Shown: positions 41,722-54,317, counted from the stretch's first letter. The stretch: 64,000 bases of DNA from an uncultured bacterium (GCA_963827635.1 CAWHBV010000009.1:204573-268572), one strand, 5' to 3'. Numbers and translations are program-made. Notes: generated from the letters alone by a model not told the origin.

Positions 41722-43924
41722 ATGCGTTTCAAGCCGTCGCTCGCGGCTCTTTCGCTCCTCCTGCTTTTCGCCGCGGCCGCCGGGGCCGCGGAGGTCCGGG
41801 GCAAGGTGATGAGCACGGGGCTGAATCCGGTCGCCGGGGCGGTCGTCCTCCATCGCCCGAGCGGGATCAAGACGGAGACCGGGGCCGACGGCGGATTCGT
41901 CCTCGACCTGCCGGACGCCGACAGATACGAACTCGAGGTCATCCATCCCGACTTCTACGAACGGGCGTTCCTCGTCGGACGGAGGAAGCCGGGCCAAACC
42001 CTCGTTCTCGTCGCTCGTCCCGCTCATCAAGCAGAGCGAGGAGGTCGTGGTCACGGCCCTGCGCTATCCCGAGTCCTCGATCGACGTCCCGGCGGCGAGC
42101 TCCATCGTCTCCGGCGAGACGCTCTCCGAAAAGCTCGCCCCGAACATCAACGAGGCCCTCCAGGACGTCCCGGGCGTGGGCGCGCTCGGCTCGGCGGGCT
42201 TCGCCCTCGTCCCGTCCATCCGGGGCCTGGCCCGGCGCCGCGTGCTCTACCTCGTCGACGGCGCCCGGCTCGAAAGCGACCGTCGGACGGGTCCCAACGC
42301 GTCCTTCGTCAATCCCGAGGACATCGAGCGGATCGAGGTGTTGAGGAGCGCGTCGTCGGTCTTCTACGGGTCCGACGCGATCGGGGGCGTCATCCACCTC
42401 CTGACCCGCGTCCCCCGGTTCGACGGCGGCCTGCACGGCCGTGTCCAGACCGGGTACGCCACGGCCAACGGGGAGAAACGGATCGGGCTGGGCCTCGAGG
42501 GATCGGCCGGGACTTGGGCGTTCCTGCTCTCGTTCCAATACGCCGACGCGGACCGATACCGGATCCCGGGCGGGACGAAGGTCCTGCAGTCCCAGTACAC
42601 CCAGGGGAGCTTCCTGGCCAAGGCGGCCCACCGCACGAATGATCGGGAGATCGACCTGAGCCTGCTCGCCGCCCGCGGCACGGACATCGGCAAGCCGAGC
42701 ACGAACGCGGCGACCAAGCCGACCTGGTACCCCCGGGAGAACCAGAACCTCGTCCAGATCCACTGGAAGGAAAAGAACGTCGGGAAAGACGGCGAGGTCC
42801 TCTTCCACGCTTTCGTCAATCCCAATTTCCTCGAGACGCTGACCGACACCTATGACGGTTTCCTGACCAAAGAATCCTACGCCAAGACCGACAGCACCGA
42901 ATACGGCGCCCAGATCGCCTATTCGAAGAAGCTCGCGCCGTCGTTCCGCCTCGAGGGCGGCGTCGATTACTTCGGCCGGGCCGGGGCCGACGCCTTCAAC
43001 ACCTACACCTCCTACGACGGGTTCGGGGCCGTGACGGAGGTCGTCGAGGAGCGGCCTTACGCCGGCGGCCGCCGCGGCGATCTCGGGCTCTTCGTGTCGG
43101 CCGATTACGCCGGCATCCCGCGCCTGGACATCCTCGGCGGCGCCCGCTACGACTTTCTCCGCATGAAGGCCCTGCCGCTCGACGCCGCCGGCGCGGTCCG
43201 GACGACGGACGGGCAGCCGAACGGGTTCCTGGCCGTGTCCTACAAGCTGGCGCAGGCCCTCACCGCCTTCCTCAACGTGTCGCGCGCCTACCGGATGCCC
43301 AGCATCAACGAGCTGTACTACACGGGCATCTCCGGCCGCGGCTTCATCATCGGTCAGCCGGACCTGAGGTCGGAATCGAGCTTCAATCTCGACGGCGGGC
43401 TCAAGCTCCTCGGCCGCCGTTCCTTTTTCGCCCTGTACGTCTTCCGCACCCGCATCGACGACATGATCGAGCGCTACAAGCTCGATGCGACGACCTACAC
43501 CTACGGGAACATCGAGAGGGGACTCCTGCGGGGGATCGAGTTCGAGGCCGAGGCCTTCCTGCGGCCCGGCTGGAAGGTCTTCGGCAACCTGGCCCTGATC
43601 CGCGGCCGGAGCCTGGCCACGGACGAGCCGCTCAACGACGTCCCGCCGCTGCGCTTCTTCACCGGCACGCGGTACTGGAAGGGCAAGTTCTCGGCGGAGG
43701 TCAACGCGACCTTCAGCCTGGTCAAGGACGATCCGGGTCCGGCCGAGATCGCCGTCGCCCCGTCGGAACTCGTCAACCTCAAGGCGACTTACCTCTGGCG
43801 CGGCCTGAATCTCTACGTCTCGCTGGGGAACGTCTTCAACGCGGCCTACGTCGCCCGGGCCGACTCGGATGCCCAGATCGAGCCGGGCCGGAACCTGAGG
43901 GTCGGCGTCTCCTACGCGTTCTGA
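41722..43924 (+). CDS. TonB-dependent receptor with an N-terminal carboxypeptidase-regulatory-like domain; frameshifted as read near 42005.
   Basis: Signal peptide, a CarboxypepD_reg-like segment (VRGKV...GADGGFVL), a plug ([26 protein letters not shown]) and a beta-barrel ending VGVSYAF. Confidence 0.88.
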
Positions 43925-43928
43925 AGAT

Positions 43929-44303
43929 TCAGAACGCGTCGACGAAGTGCTCGAGACGGCAGTCGTCCGGGCCGCGGAGCAGGATGGCGACGACGTCGAA
44001 GCGGCAGGGGACTTCGCCCAGGGAGTTCTTGAGGAGGTAGCCCTGGGCGATCCTCCGGATCTGGCGCTGCTTCCCCGGGGTGACGGATTCCTCGGGCCGG
44101 CCGTGGGATTCGTCGGCCCGGGTCTTGACCTCCACGAAGACGAGCGTGCCGCCGTCGCGGGCGACGACGTCGATCTCGCCGCGGAACAGCCGGAAGCCCC
44201 TCTCGACGATCTCGTAGCCCTTTTTGCGGAGATGCTCGCAGGCGATGTCCTCGCCGGTCCGGCCCAGCTCCCGGGTCCTGTTCGGGACGGGGAGAGGGGG
44301 CAT
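43929..44303 (-). CDS. yraN: YraN-family (UPF0102) endonuclease-like protein
   Basis: [46 protein letters not shown]. Confidence 0.85.
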   Translation of the reverse strand: MPPLPVPNRTRELGRTGEDIACEHLRKKGYEIVERGFRLFRGEIDVVARDGGTLVFVEVKTRADESHGRPEESVTPGKQRQIRRIAQGYLLKNSLGEVPCRFDVVAILLRGPDDCRLEHFVDAF

Positions 44304-44325
44304 GATCTCGGGCGCTCCCGCGGAC

Positions 44326-45790
44326 TCAGGCCTTCGGAGGGCCGGCCTTTTTCCAGCGGACCCCGTCCTTGGTGTCCTCGAGGACGATGCCGGCTTCGAG
44401 GAGCTCGTCGCGGATCGCGTCGGCGCGCTGGAAGTCCCGGTCGGCCCGGGCCTTCTGCCGGGCCTCGATCTTGGCCAGGATCTCGGCTTCCATGACGGTC
44501 CCCGCACCCGATAGATCGGATGTCGCGCTGATCTTCCCGGATTCTGAAACGACCGGGGACGGTCTGACGCCGAGGACCTTGTCCGCTTCGGCCATGAAGT
44601 CGGAGATGAGCGAGGCGTCCGTCTTCGTCATCTCGCTCCGGGTGAGCAGGGGATAGGCGCCCTTGATGAGAGTGAAGACGGCGGCCAGGGCCTCGGAGAT
44701 GTTGAGGTCGTCCTCGAGCCCGGCGACGAATCCGGCCCGGGCCTCCTCGACCATCCGGACGACGGCCGGGTCCGACGGACCGTCCTTCGTCGCGGCCCGG
44801 AGCTCGCCCAGGAAATTCCCGATCCGCCCGCGGGCGGTCCGGGCCTGGTCCAGGGCTTCGAAGGTGAAGTTGAGCATCTTGCGGTAGTGCGTGGCGAGCG
44901 AGCAGATAGCGGACGTCGAGGGGATCGTATCCCCGGGCCAGGATGTCCGTCAGCGTGTAGAAATTGCCTTTCGACTTGGACATCTTCTCGCCGTCGACGA
45001 CCAGATGATGGCCGTGGATCCAGTAGTTGACGAACTTGACGCCGTTGGCCGCCTCGGACTGGGCGATCTCGTTCTCGTGGTGGGGGAAGATGTTGTCGAC
45101 GCCGCCGCAGTGGATGTCGAAGGTCCGGCCGAGGTACTTGGAGCTCATGGCCGAGCATTCGATGTGCCAGCCCGGCCGGCCCGGACCGATCCGGGTCTCC
45201 CAGACGGGCTCGCCCTCCTTCGGCGCCTTCCAGAGGGCGAAGTCGTGGACGCTCTCCTTCGCGTATTCGTCGGCGTCGGCGTGGCTGCCGGGCCGGAGGT
45301 CCTCCAGGTTGATCTTGGACAGGCGCCCGTACGCGGGGAACTTGTCGATGGCGAAGTAGATCGAGCCGTCCTTCCGGTAGGCGAATCCCTTTTCCAGGAG
45401 GATTTCGATGAGCCCGACCATCTCCTCGATGTGCGCCGTCGCCCGGGGATAGACGTCGGCCGGCAGGATGGCGAGGACTTCGCGGTCCCGGGCGAAAGCC
45501 TCGATGAACGGCTTCGTGTAGTCCTCGAGCCCGACGCCCTTCGCGTTGGCCCCGCGGATCGTCTTGTCGTCGACGTCCGTGATGTTCATGACGTGGAGGA
45601 CCTTGAATCCCCGGTACAGGAACAGCCGCTTGAGCAGGTCCTCGAAGACGTAGGACCGCCAGTTGCCGATATGGGGGAAATCGTAGACCGTCGGGCCGCA
45701 CGTGTAGAGCTTGACGGACCCGGATTCGATCGGGACGAACTCCTCGACCCGGCCGCTGAGAGTGTTGTGGAGGCGGATCATCGCCGCCAT
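44326..45790 (-). CDS. cysS: Cysteine--tRNA ligase; frameshifted as read near 44887.
   Basis: [14 protein letters not shown] (HIGH), GWHIECSAM and KMSKSKGN (KMSKS) motifs. The C-terminal domain is in ORF 44326..44877. Confidence 0.93.
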
Positions 45791-45896
45791 ATTAGCCGTT
45801 CCTCCCCCCGCCCGTCAACCCTCCCGGCGGAGTTGAACGGGGGGGATGGTTGTGACATAATTGGTCTTCATCATACCATCCGAAAAGGCACTCATC

Positions 45897-47211
45897 ATGA
45901 ACATCAAGATCGGCATCCGCAGAGAGGACATCAACAAGTGGGAGAAGCGGGTCCCGCTGATCCCGTCCCACGCCCGGGAGCTCGCCGACCGGTTCCCGAT
46001 GGAGTTCCGGGTCCAGCCGTCGGCCATCCGGATCTTCAACGACGCGGATTACCGCCTGGCCGGGATCCCCGTCGAGGAGAGCCTGTCCCCCTGCCCCGTC
46101 GTCCTGGCCCTCAAGGAGATCCCCGTCGAGCTCATCGAGAAGGGCAAGACCTACCTGTTCTTCTCGCACACGGCCAAGGGCCAGAGCCAGAACATGCCCA
46201 TGCTCCGGCGGATGATGGAGCTCGGCTGCACCGTCATCGACTACGAGAAGATGGTCGACGAGAAGGGACGGCGCGTGCTCTATTTCGGCAATTACGCCGG
46301 ACACGCGGGCATCATCGACACGATCTGGGCCCTCGGCCGCCGTCTCGAGACCGAGGGGATCGCGAACCCGTTCTCGATGCTCCGCCCGGCGCACGCCTAC
46401 TCCAGCCTGGTCGAGGCCCGGGAGGCGGTCGGCAAGCTGGCCGCGAAGATCGTCAAGGACGGCCTGCCCGACGCGCTCGACCCCGTCGTCTTCGGCTTCT
46501 TCGGCTACGGCCACGTCTCCCAGGGGGCCCAGGAGACGTTCGATCTCCTGCCCGTCGAGACCGTCCCGCCGGCCGATGTCCCCGCCCTCTTCGCCCGCGG
46601 CGCGAAGGCCGGCCGGCGCCTCTACAAGACCGTGCTCCACGAGGAGGACATGGTCCGGCCCGTCGATCCGGCCAAGCGCTTCGACCTCCAGGACTATTAC
46701 GACCACCCGGAGGGATACCGGGCGGTGACCGAGGAGCTCGTGCCCTATCTCACGGCCGTGGTCAACGGGATCTACTGGACGCCGAAATTCCCGAAGTACA
46801 TCACCAAGCCCTTCCTGAAGAAGCTCTACGCCGGCGGCACCCAGCCCAGGCTCCGCGTCGTCGGCGACATCACCTGCGACATCAACGGCTCCATCGAATG
46901 CACGGTCATGCCCACGGACTCCGAGAATCCCGGTGTACGTCTACGATCCGGCCCGGGACGAGGCCCTGCCGGGATTCGCCGGCCAAGGCCCGGCCGTCCT
47001 GGCCGTCTACAACCTGCCGGCGGAGCTGCCTCTCGAATCGTCGACCTATTTCAGCGGCAAGCTGAAGGAACACATGCCGGCCGTCGCCGCGGCGCGTTTC
47101 GACCGGCCCTTCGCCGAGTGCGGGCTGCCGGACGTGCTGCGCCGGGCCGTCATCGTCTACCGCGGGGCGCTCGCCCCCGATTTCGCCTATCTCGGCAAGT
47201 TCCTCGGCTGA
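45897..47211 (+). CDS. Lysine-ketoglutarate reductase-like protein (AlaDH/PNT-fold, LOR/SDH N-terminal type); frameshifted as read near 46930.
   Basis: IGIRREDINKWEKRVPLIPSH..., GKTYLFFSHTAKGQ and VVGDITCDINGSIE motifs. The tail is in ORF 46933..47211. Confidence 0.78.
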
Positions 47212-47237
47212 CCGAAGTTCTGGCGGGGGAGAAGGTC

Positions 47238-48561
47238 ATGAAAAAAGTTCTCGTCCTCGGCGCCGGCCTCGTGGCCAGGCCGCTCGTCGATTACCTCCTC
47301 GGTCTCGAGGATTTCTCCGTCGTCGTCGCCGACGTGGAGTTCGCCCGGGCCGAAAAGCTCGTCGCCGGGCATCCGCGCGGCCGGGCGGAGCACATCGACA
47401 TCTCCAAGCGCGAGGCCCTGGCCGCGGCCATCGGCCGGGCCGACCTGGTCGTCAGCATGGTCCCGTACACGTTCCACCCGCTCGTCGCGGAGCTGGCGAT
47501 CGAACAGGGCCGGCACATGGTCACGGCCTCGTACGTCAGCCCGGCCATGCGCGAGTACGATGCCCGGGCCCGGGAGAAGGGCGTCCTGCTGCTCAACGAG
47601 CTCGGGCTCGACCCGGGGATCGACCACATGGAGGCCATGCGCGTCATCCACGAGGTCCACGACGCGGGCGGCCGCGTCCTCGGCTTCACCTCCTGGTGCG
47701 GCGGGCTGCCGGCCCCCGAGGCCAACACGAACCCCTTCGGATACAAGTTCTCCTGGAGCCCGCGGGGCGTCCTGCTGGCCTCGAAGAACTCGGCCAAATA
47801 CCTCAAGGACGGCCGCGTCGTGTCCATCCCGGCCGCCGACCTGTTCGCGGGCCCGGAGATCATCCGCGTGCCCGGCCTCGGGGAATTCGAGGGCTACCCC
47901 AACCGCGACTCGGTCTCCTACCGCGAGACCTACGGCATCCCCGAGGCCCTGACCGTTTTCCGGGGGACGCTCCGCTTCCCCGGCTGGTGCGAGACCCTGC
48001 GCAAAATGGTCGAGCTGGGCCTCCTCGACGACGCCCCGAAGGACCGTTCCGGGGCGACCTTCCTCGACCTCATGCGGGAGCTCTCCCAGGCCGGCCCGGG
48101 CGACGACGTCCGGCGCGCGGTCGCCGCCCGGCTCGGGCTCGCGTCCGGTTCGGCCGTCCTGTCCGCGATGGACTGGCTGGGGCTGTTCGAGGCCCGGCCG
48201 CTTCGCCGCGGCCAAGGGATCCTCCCTCGACAACCTCTCCGCCCTCATGGTCGAGCGGCTCGCCTACGCGCCGGGGGAGAGGGACATGGTCGTCCTCCAG
48301 CACGAGTTCCTGACCGCGACGGCTTCGGGGCGGACCGAGCGGATCGTCTCGACGCTCGTCGATTACGGCATCCCGAACGGCGATTCGTCCATGTCCCGGA
48401 CGGTCGGCCTGCCGGCGGCGATCGGCGCCCGCCTCGTCCTCGAGGGGAAGATCGCCCTGACGGGCGTCCAGGTCCCGGTCCGGCCCGAGATCTACGTCCC
48501 CATCCTCGAGGAGCTCGAAGCCCGCGGCGTGCGCTTCACGGAGAAACGCCAGGTCCTATGA
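47238..48561 (+). CDS. Saccharopine dehydrogenase (glutamate-forming type); frameshifted as read near 48213.
   Basis: KKVLVLGAGLVARPLVDYL, NELGLDPGIDHM, FSWSPRGVL and YPNRDS motifs. The tail is in ORF 48247..48561. Confidence 0.85.
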
Positions 48562-49365
48562 AACGGAAGGCCTACGTCGCGGGTCAGTTCTATCCGGGGG
48601 ACGGCGCCCGGCTGCGCGAGGCGATCGCCGATCTCACCGCTCCGGAGCGGCCGAAGAAAAAGGCGATCGCGGTCGTATCGCCCCACGCCGGCTACATCTA
48701 CTCCGGGCCCGTCGCCGGAGAGGTCTTCGCCACGACCGTGATGCCTCCCGTCTTCGTCATCCTCGGCCCGGCCCACCGGGAGATCGGACCGCTGTTCGCC
48801 ATCCAATCCCGGGGGAGCTGGGAGACGCCGCTCGGAGAGACCCCGATCGACGCCGCCCTGGCCGCCCTCATCGCCGCCGGCTGCCCGCAGGTCGTCGAGG
48901 ACGGGCGGGCGCACGCCTTCGAGCATTCCCTGGAGGTCCAGCTGCCGTTCATCCAGTATTTCCGGCCGGACGCGGCGATCGTCCCCATCTGCGTCTCCGC
49001 GGCGGCCGGTTTCGACTCGCTCGAATCGCTGGGCCGGGCCCTGGCCGGGGCCGTCCGGACCGACGGCCGGGAGATCCTCATCGTCGCGAGCACCGACATG
49101 AGCCACTACGTCAGCCGGAAAACGGCCGAGACGAAGGACATGATGGCCGTCCGCAAGGTGCTCGACCTCGACCCGCGCGGCCTCTTCGACACCGTCACGG
49201 CGGAGGATATCACCATGTGCGGCTTCCAGCCGACGACCGCCGCGCTCGTGGCCGCGATCGGCCTGGGCGCGTCGGGGGCCGAGCTCGTCCGCTATCGGCA
49301 CCTCGGGCGAGACCTCGGGAGACTACGATCAAGTCGTCGGATACGCCGGCCTGAGGATCACTTGA
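48558..49365 (+). CDS. Memo-like protein (AmmeMemoRadiSam system protein B family); frameshifted as read near 49303.
   Basis: AGQFYPGD..., VSPHAGYIYSG, EHSLEVQLPF and STDMSHY motifs. The shifted tail is TSGETSGDYDQVVGYAGLRIT. Confidence 0.85.
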
Positions 49366-49389
49366 ATCCCGCCGGCCGGGGAGACCGCG

Positions 49390-49873
49390 ATGCCGCTTCT
49401 GGACCATTACAGGGAACAGGCCGATAAGCTCGTCTGGGCCGCGGGGGCCAACGCGTCCCTGGCCTACAAGCCGATCCTGGACCAAAATCCCCATATCACT
49501 TCGTTCGGCTCGGAGAAATGGGAATTCACCCTGACGGTCGCCGGGGTCTACGCCGCGATCATCCAGCTCGTCCACGAACGGCCGCTCAAAGAAGCGGAAA
49601 CGGAAGAGGTCCTGGACATCGTCGGGAAGTCCCTGGACGCGAAGTACGCCGACGGCACGGCCGCGCTCGAGGAGTGCCGGACGATGGTCGATTACAGCTT
49701 CGCGGAGGCTCCGGCCGAACAGGGGGAGGAGGCCGCATTCGCGCTGTCCGACCGTCATCGGCGCGTGGATCCTGTACAAGCTCAACGGCCCCAAAGAGGT
49801 CAAGGAAGGGGGCCGGCTGATCCGCAGCCTGGGCCTGGCCGTGACCTCGACGTTCTCGAACTGGTGGACGTGA
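49390..49873 (+). CDS. Hypothetical protein; frameshifted as read near 49752.
   Basis: The ORF has a plausible continuation (VIGAWILYKLNGPKEVKEGGRLIRSLGLAVTSTFSNWWT) in the next frame. No family was recognised. Confidence 0.45.
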
Positions 49874-49910
49874 AGTCGGGTTTAATGCTATAAAAAGCGC
49901 TCGAGGAAGG

Positions 49911-50970
49911 ATGTCTAAGTCTGTACTGCGCGACAAGGATAAGAAGGTCCTGGGACTCGTCGTCGAGAGCTTCGTCCGGAACGGCCGGCCGGTGAGCTCG
50001 GGGGCGCTCTGCCAGACCCGGAGGATCTCCGCGTCGCCGGCGACCCTGCGCAACATCATGGTCAAGCTCGAGGCCATGGGCTTCCTGTCGCAGCCCCACA
50101 CATCCGCCGGACGGCTGCCGACCGACAAGGGATTGCGCCATTACGTCGGCGGCCTCCTCGCCGACAAGGCCCTCCCGGAGGAGCGGGTCCCGCTCATCCA
50201 GGAGGAATTCGTCCGCCGCACGGCCGATCTCGATTCCCTGCTCATCCAGGCCTGCCGGATCCTGGCCGATTCCTCGGACAACCTCGGATTCGTCATCTCG
50301 CCCCACATCTTCCGGCTCCCGTTCGAGCACCTCCGGTTCGTCAAGATCTCCGACCGGCGCATCCTGGTCATCCTGGTGACGCCCTTCCACATGGTCCTCA
50401 CCGAGACCCTCGAATCGCCCCTGCCGCTGAGCCAGGCCGAGCTCGACCGGGCCGCCCAGTACGTCAACCAGAGCTTCCGGGGCAAGACCATCCTGGCCGT
50501 TCGCGACGCCCTGATCCGCGATCTCCCCAAGTACCGGGTCAAGTACGAGGACACGCTCGACAAGCTGCTCGACCTGCTCAAGACCTCGGTCGACGGGGAA
50601 CAGGGGGAGAACCGGATCTTCCTCCAGGGGACCGCCCGGCTCCTCGGCAAGGGCGGGCTGTCCGACGTGGGCAAGCTCCGGACCCTCTTCCAGAAGTTCG
50701 AGGAGAAGGCGGCGCTCGTCCGGCTGCTCTCGGATTTCATCAGCCTGGACAGGGTCAAGGTCCTGATCGGCTCCGAGGCCAACCTGCCCAACGTCGAGGA
50801 CTGTTCCCTGGTCCTCTCGCACTACGGCTACAGCAACCAGGTCCTGGGCACTCTGGGCATCATCGGGCCCAAGCGCATCCCCTACGAAAGGATCATCCCG
50901 CTCGTCGACCGCATGGCCAAGACGGGTCAGCCTGGCCATCACGGTCTTCGGCAGAGAGGTCAGCTTATGA
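49911..50970 (+). CDS. hrcA: Heat-inducible transcription repressor HrcA; frameshifted as read near 50926.
   Basis: ASPATLRNIMVKLEAMGFLSQPHTSAGRLPTDKGLRHYV... and GTLGIIGPKRIPYERIIPLVD. The shifted tail VSLAITVFGREVSL ends in a TGA overlapping the grpE ATG. Confidence 0.9.
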
Positions 50971-51603
50971 CGGACGAAAAAGACAAGCCCGGCGACGAGA
51001 TCGAGTTCATCCCCGAGGCGCCGCCCGAAGGCGGGGAACCGGCTCCGGACCCCCCGGCCCCCGAGAGGAAGGAGCCGGAGGGAGAAGGCCGCCCCGGCCG
51101 AGGGATCGCGCCACCTCAAGGAGAAGCTCAAGAAGAAGGAGGCCGAGGCCAAGGAGCTCCGCAAGGAGCTCGACGAGCTCAAGGAGACGAACCTGCGGCG
51201 CCTGGCCGACATGGAGAACCTGCGCAAGCGCTTCGACCGGGAGAAGACCGAGTTCCAGCAATACGCCCTGAGCGGACTCCTGCTCGAGCTGCTGGGCATC
51301 GGCGACAACTTCGAGCGGGCCCTCCAGAGCGCCGCCGCGGACCCCGAGGGGAAGTCCTTCCGGGAGGGCGTCGAGCTCATCCTCCGCATGTTCCAGGGGC
51401 TGCTGGCCAAGAACGGCGTCCGGCCGATCGAGCTGAAGGACCGGGCCTTCGATCCGAACTTCCACCACGCCATGGTCGTGGAGGAATCCGAAAACGTCGA
51501 GGAACCCGAGGTCGTCGAGGAGCTGCAGAAAGGCTATCTGCACCACGACCGGCTCCTGCGCCCGACCCTGGTCAAGGTCGTCGTTCCGAAGAAAGGACAA
51601 TAG
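50967..51603 (+). CDS. grpE: Nucleotide exchange factor GrpE; frameshifted as read near 51092.
   Basis: LRRLADMENLRKRFDREK...DNFERAL...FDPNFHHAM...GYLHHDRLLRPTLVKV. Confidence 0.9.
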
Positions 51604-51607
51604 CCCC

Positions 51608-53191
51608 ATGGGACGCGTCATCGGCATCGACCTCGGCACCACGTACTCCTGCATCGCCTGCCTCGAAGGAGGCCGGCCGGTGGTCATCCCCAATCTCGAG
51701 GGACTGCCGACGACCCCGTCGGTCGTGTCCTTCACGAAATCCGGCGAGCTCCTGGTCGGGACCCTGGCCATGCGCCAGGCGGTCACCAATCCGGAGAACA
51801 CCTTCTTCGCGGTCAAGCGGCTGATCGGCCAGAAGTTCCGTTCGCCCCAGGTCCAGGAGGCCATGGCCCGGCTGCCGTACCAGCTGAAGGAGGCCGCCAA
51901 CGGCGACGTGGCCCTCGTGCAGGGCCAGCGGACCCTCAGCCCCCCCGAGATCTCGTCGCTCGTCCTGGGCCATCTCAAGGCCTGCGCCGAGGCCTTCTTC
52001 AACGAGCCCGTGACCGAGGCCGTCATCACGGTGCCGGCCCACTTCAACGACGCCCAGCGCCAGGCGACCAAGGACGCGGCCGTGATCGCCGGCCTGACGG
52101 TCGAGCGGGTCATCAACGAGCCGACCGCCGCCGGGCTGGCCTACGGGCTCGAGACGAAGAAGAACGGCCTGGCCGCCGTCTACGACCTCGGCGGCGGGAC
52201 CTTCGACATCACCATCCTCGAGTTCAGCGACGGCGTCTTCAACGTCCTGGCCACGAACGGCGATTCCTACCTCGGCGGCGAGGACTTCGACAACCGCATC
52301 CTCGAATGGCTCGGCGCGAGCTTCCGGGCCGAGAACGGGATCGACATCGCCGAGGACAAGCTCGCGCTCCAGCGGGTGAAAGAGGCCGCGGAGAAGGCCA
52401 AGCGGGAGCTGTCCTTCACGGCGGAGACGGAGATCAACCTGCCCTTCATCGCCTCCGACAAGGCGAGCTCCAAGCATCTCCGCAAGACGCTCAGCCGGTC
52501 GACCTTCGAAGCCATGACCGCGGACCTCGTCGAGCGGACCGTGCCCCGCATCGAGCAGGCGCTGGCCGACGCCCGGCTGAGCCCCGACCGGATCGACCAC
52601 GTCATCCTGGTCGGCGGCCAGACCCGGATGCCCCTCGTCAAGGAGCGGGTGACCAAGTTCTTCGGCCGGGCCCCGGAGGAGAAGGTCGACCCCGACCAGA
52701 TCGTCGCCGTGGGCGCGGCCATCCAGTCGGGCGTCCTCGACGGCCAGGTCCGCGACCTCGTCCTCCTGCTCGACGTCACGCCGTTCGCCCTGGGGATCGA
52801 AACGGAGAACGACGGCTACGAGATGATCATCGAAAGGAACACGACCATCCCGACCCGCAAGGTCAAGGCCTTCACGACCGTGGAGCACAACCAGAGGCGG
52901 GTCCGGATCCACGTCCTCCAGGGCGAGGGCTTTCTCGCCTCGCTGAACAAGTCGCTGGCCGTCTTCGAGCTGGTCGGGATCGAACCGGCCCCGGCCGGCG
53001 TGCCCCAGATCGACGTCACCTTCGAGATCACGGCCGACGGCCTGGCCCAGGTCACGGCCAAGGACAAGGAGACGGGCCTGGAGCAGAGGATCGAGGTCCG
53101 GCCGTCCTCCGGGCTCTCGACCAAGGAAGTGGAGGAGATGCGGAAGAGGCAGACGGGATTGGACGTCGCCAAGCTGGGAGCCCATGGCTAA
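51608..53191 (+). CDS. Hsp70/DnaK paralog lacking the C-terminal helical lid (527 aa)
   Basis: [21 protein letters not shown] and [10 protein letters not shown] motifs. The substrate-binding beta domain is present. The frame ends ...[28 protein letters not shown], 8 nt inside the next gene. The frame is intact. Confidence 0.9.
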   Translation: MGRVIGIDLGTTYSCIACLEGGRPVVIPNLEGLPTTPSVVSFTKSGELLVGTLAMRQAVTNPENTFFAVKRLIGQKFRSPQVQEAMARLPYQLKEAANGDVALVQGQRTLSPPEISSLVLGHLKACAEAFFNEPVTEAVITVPAHFNDAQRQATKDAAVIAGLTVERVINEPTAAGLAYGLETKKNGLAAVYDLGGGTFDITILEFSDGVFNVLATNGDSYLGGEDFDNRILEWLGASFRAENGIDIAEDKLALQRVKEAAEKAKRELSFTAETEINLPFIASDKASSKHLRKTLSRSTFEAMTADLVERTVPRIEQALADARLSPDRIDHVILVGGQTRMPLVKERVTKFFGRAPEEKVDPDQIVAVGAAIQSGVLDGQVRDLVLLLDVTPFALGIETENDGYEMIIERNTTIPTRKVKAFTTVEHNQRRVRIHVLQGEGFLASLNKSLAVFELVGIEPAPAGVPQIDVTFEITADGLAQVTAKDKETGLEQRIEVRPSSGLSTKEVEEMRKRQTGLDVAKLGAHG

Positions 53192-54317
53192 GAAGGATTA
53201 CTATCAGGTCCTGGGTGTCTCCCGGGACGCCGCGCCCGAACAGATCAAGAAAGCGTACCGTCAGCTCGCCCTGAAACACCATCCCGACCGCAATCCCGGG
53301 AGCAAGGAGGCCGAGGAGAGGTTCAAGGAGGCCGCCGAGGCCTACAGCGTCCTGGCCGACGCCGAGAAGAGGTCCGTCTACGACCGCTTCGGGCACGACG
53401 GGCTGCGGGGCGAGGGCTATCAGGGCTTCTCCGGATTCGATTCGTCCGTCTTCGAGGATTTCGAGGACATCCTGGGGAACCTGTTCGGTTTCAGCTTCGG
53501 CGATCTCTTCGGCGGGCGGGAGCGCGGCCGGGGAAGCCGGCGCAGCCGCGGCCGGGACCTGGCGCTGGAGGTCGAGATCGGCCTCGAGGAGGCGGCGGCC
53601 GGCGTCGAGCGGGAGATCAAGCTCAGCCGGGCCGAGACCTGTCCGGCCTGCAAGGGCTCGAAGCGGAAGCCCGGGACCACGGCGGCCTCGTGCCCGACCT
53701 GCGGCGGGCGGGGCCAGGTCCGCTACCAGCAGGGCTTTTTCACCATGGCCAGGACCTGCCCGCAGTGCCAGGGCGGCGGCGAGATCAACGCCTCGCCCTG
53801 CGAATCGTGCCAGGGCAAAGGCCACGTCAAAGAGAAGAGGGCCCTCAAGGTCCGCATCCCGGCCGGCGTCGACGACGGGTCGCGGCTGCGGCTGGTCGGG
53901 GAAGGGGAGGCCGGCGACCAGGGCATGCCCGCGGGCGACCTCTACGTCGTCACCCGCGTCCGCAAGCACCCCTTTTTCGAGCGCGAGGGCAACGACCTCG
54001 CCTGCGAGATCACGCTGTCCTTCACCCAGGCCGCCCTGGGCGCCCGGATCGAGATCCCGACGCTCGAGGGCAACGAGGTCCTCAAGGTCGCGGCCGGCAC
54101 CCAGCCCGGCGAGATCATCCGCCTCAAGGGCAAGGGCGTCCAGGACGTCGCCGGGCGCCGCAAGGGCGACCTCTTCGTCAAGGTCCTGGTCAAGACGCCC
54201 GAGAACCTCTCCAAGGAACAGAAAGCCCTGCTCGGCAAGCTGGCCGAGCTCCGCGGCGAAGACATCGAATCGGTCGACAAGAGCGTCGTCCACAGGCTGA
54301 AGAACATCTTCCAGTGA
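53184..54317 (+). CDS. dnaJ: Molecular chaperone DnaJ (type I)
   Basis: J domain with HPD, a G/F region, four Cys repeats ([32 protein letters not shown]) and C-terminal domains. The frame is intact. Confidence 0.95.
   Translation: MAKKDYYQVLGVSRDAAPEQIKKAYRQLALKHHPDRNPGSKEAEERFKEAAEAYSVLADAEKRSVYDRFGHDGLRGEGYQGFSGFDSSVFEDFEDILGNLFGFSFGDLFGGRERGRGSRRSRGRDLALEVEIGLEEAAAGVEREIKLSRAETCPACKGSKRKPGTTAASCPTCGGRGQVRYQQGFFTMARTCPQCQGGGEINASPCESCQGKGHVKEKRALKVRIPAGVDDGSRLRLVGEGEAGDQGMPAGDLYVVTRVRKHPFFEREGNDLACEITLSFTQAALGARIEIPTLEGNEVLKVAAGTQPGEIIRLKGKGVQDVAGRRKGDLFVKVLVKTPENLSKEQKALLGKLAELRGEDIESVDKSVVHRLKNIFQ

Noticed and set aside
41939-45790. A 1283-aa minus-strand ORF, and similar long ORFs antisense to known genes (11364..14015, 35233..37263, 5237..6670, 21587..23386, 49800..51473, 51572..53185, all on the minus strand).
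   Set aside because: Only the first ~300 aa of 41939..45790 is real (cysS N-terminus). The rest, and the other ORFs, are Arg/Gly/Pro/Asp-rich translations antisense to clearly conserved genes. Such ORFs are expected from stop-codon depletion in high-GC DNA.
45861-49427. A single 1188-aa multidomain protein; likewise 7086..8900 (LpdA-NuoA) and 11538..14171 (NuoF-NuoG).
   Set aside because: The conserved domains are separated by stretches of low-complexity frame-shifted translation, and internal start/stop overlaps (ATGA/GTGA) are visible. These are several genes merged by single-base indels.
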